Positions 15,121 through 15,543 of a DNA stretch of 15,543 bases are shown here, one piece after another; within the stretch, counting starts at the first letter, position 1; each line of letters opens with the position of its first letter. A model generated the notes under the pieces. That model saw nothing but the letters and a program-made list of their open reading frames with translations. It was not told the origin of the DNA and did no database searches. Origin of the DNA: Oculatellaceae cyanobacterium bins.114 (GTDB taxonomy: Bacteria; Cyanobacteriota; Cyanobacteriia; Elainellales; Elainellaceae); NCBI GenBank assembly GCA_033764315.1, contig JANRJA010000029.1, positions 1 to 15,543 of the forward strand. The letters are read 5' to 3'. The position numbers and the translations under genes were made by a program.

Positions 15121-15218
15121 TCAGATGTCCTCCCTTACTGCTCACACCAAATCAACATACGCTCACTTCACACTCATTATGCAGGGGATGGCGATCGCCT
15201 GCGTAGGATTATCTCAAG

Positions 15219-15247
15219 AAAAAGGGGTAGGCTAAAAGCACTACCCC
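15219..15247 (-). terminator. Intrinsic terminator on the minus strand
   Basis: The minus strand reads GGGGTAGTGC-TTTTA-GCCTACCCC followed by TTTTT, a GC stem with a U-tract. Confidence 0.65.
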
Positions 15248-15404
15248 AGTTTGGGATTGGACAACTAAATATCTGCCTCACGTTCACCCGTCTGAAGACT
15301 GTTAGGTCACTAAAAACTCATGAGCCAGGTTGTCGGAGTCAAGCACTCTGCCGAAAGACCATGAAGGGATTGCTGCATCCATCTGCCAAATGCTTTGCCC
15401 TGAC

Positions 15405-15543
15405 TAGTGCTGTGTCACAGCTTAATTTTAGGGTAGACAGAAGTGAGTTTACATCGAGCATCATCGATCTTCATCTGCCAATCAACACCCCGTTGAGTGT
15501 TGTTAACATCAGTTGACCAAGCGGCCGTTGCCTCTCGTAAGGT
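15405..15543 (-). mobile_element. Right end of an IS630-family element at a TA target
   Basis: The stop codon lies within the terminal sequence TGACACAGCAC, followed by TA at 15405-15406 in a CTAG context. TA duplication is the IS630 hallmark. Confidence 0.75.
15415..15543 (-). CDS. C-terminal fragment of an IS630-family transposase (5' part outside the window)
   Basis: The minus strand reads TLREATAAWSTDVNNTQRGVDWQMKIDDARCKLTSVYPKIKL*, matching the AW..RN....IDWxFT..DARxKL..LYP tail of IS630 transposases. Not in the ORF track. Confidence 0.85.
   Translation of the reverse strand, partial: TLREATAAWSTDVNNTQRGVDWQMKIDDARCKLTSVYPKIKL

Larger units (their letters stand above)
1395..15198. repeat. 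Dispersed HIP1 octamers (GCGATCGC), about 20 copies
   Basis: Examples at 1395, 2751, 10391, 13581, 14361 and 15191. Counted by eye, far above the less-than-one copy expected by chance. Confidence 0.95.

Noticed and set aside
15365..15402. c-di-GMP-I riboswitch-like start on the minus strand (CAGGGCAAAGCATTTGGCAGATGGATGCA)
   Set aside because: No GNRA tetraloop, no GCAAAG junction and no second stem with a tetraloop receptor. An Infernal search with the c-di-GMP-I model would settle it.
1..15543. Whole window as a composite transposon or island
   Set aside because: The two flanking IS ends belong to different families, the interior includes housekeeping genes such as rsmE, and HIP1 sites occur throughout.

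Overview
Cyanobacterial chromosomal DNA, judged from about 20 HIP1 octamers (GCGATCGC, counted by eye) and cyanobacterial-type intergenic repeats. The window is bounded by two partial IS elements that the ORF track misses: the 3' end of an ISAs1-family transposase (1-140) and the 3' end of an IS630-family transposase (15405-15543). Between them lie a ydcSTUV-like polyamine-type ABC importer operon, a small Cys-rich DUF2934-like protein, marC, a secreted GH10-like (GHL10) protein divergent from a cytoplasmic GH13 CGTase-like enzyme with CBM20, a secreted hypothetical protein, an internally deleted alpha/beta-hydrolase remnant, and a wecB/tagA-rsmE-TPR cluster. I found no CRISPR array, RNA gene or clearly new multi-gene system. 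The most unusual signal is non-coding: nested, modular small repeats (REP-like hairpins, TA-ended MITE-like shells sharing a cloverleaf core with one hairpin inverted, 21-26 nt inserts inside other repeats) and two tandem amplifications. All family assignments are from motif recognition and recall, not database searches.
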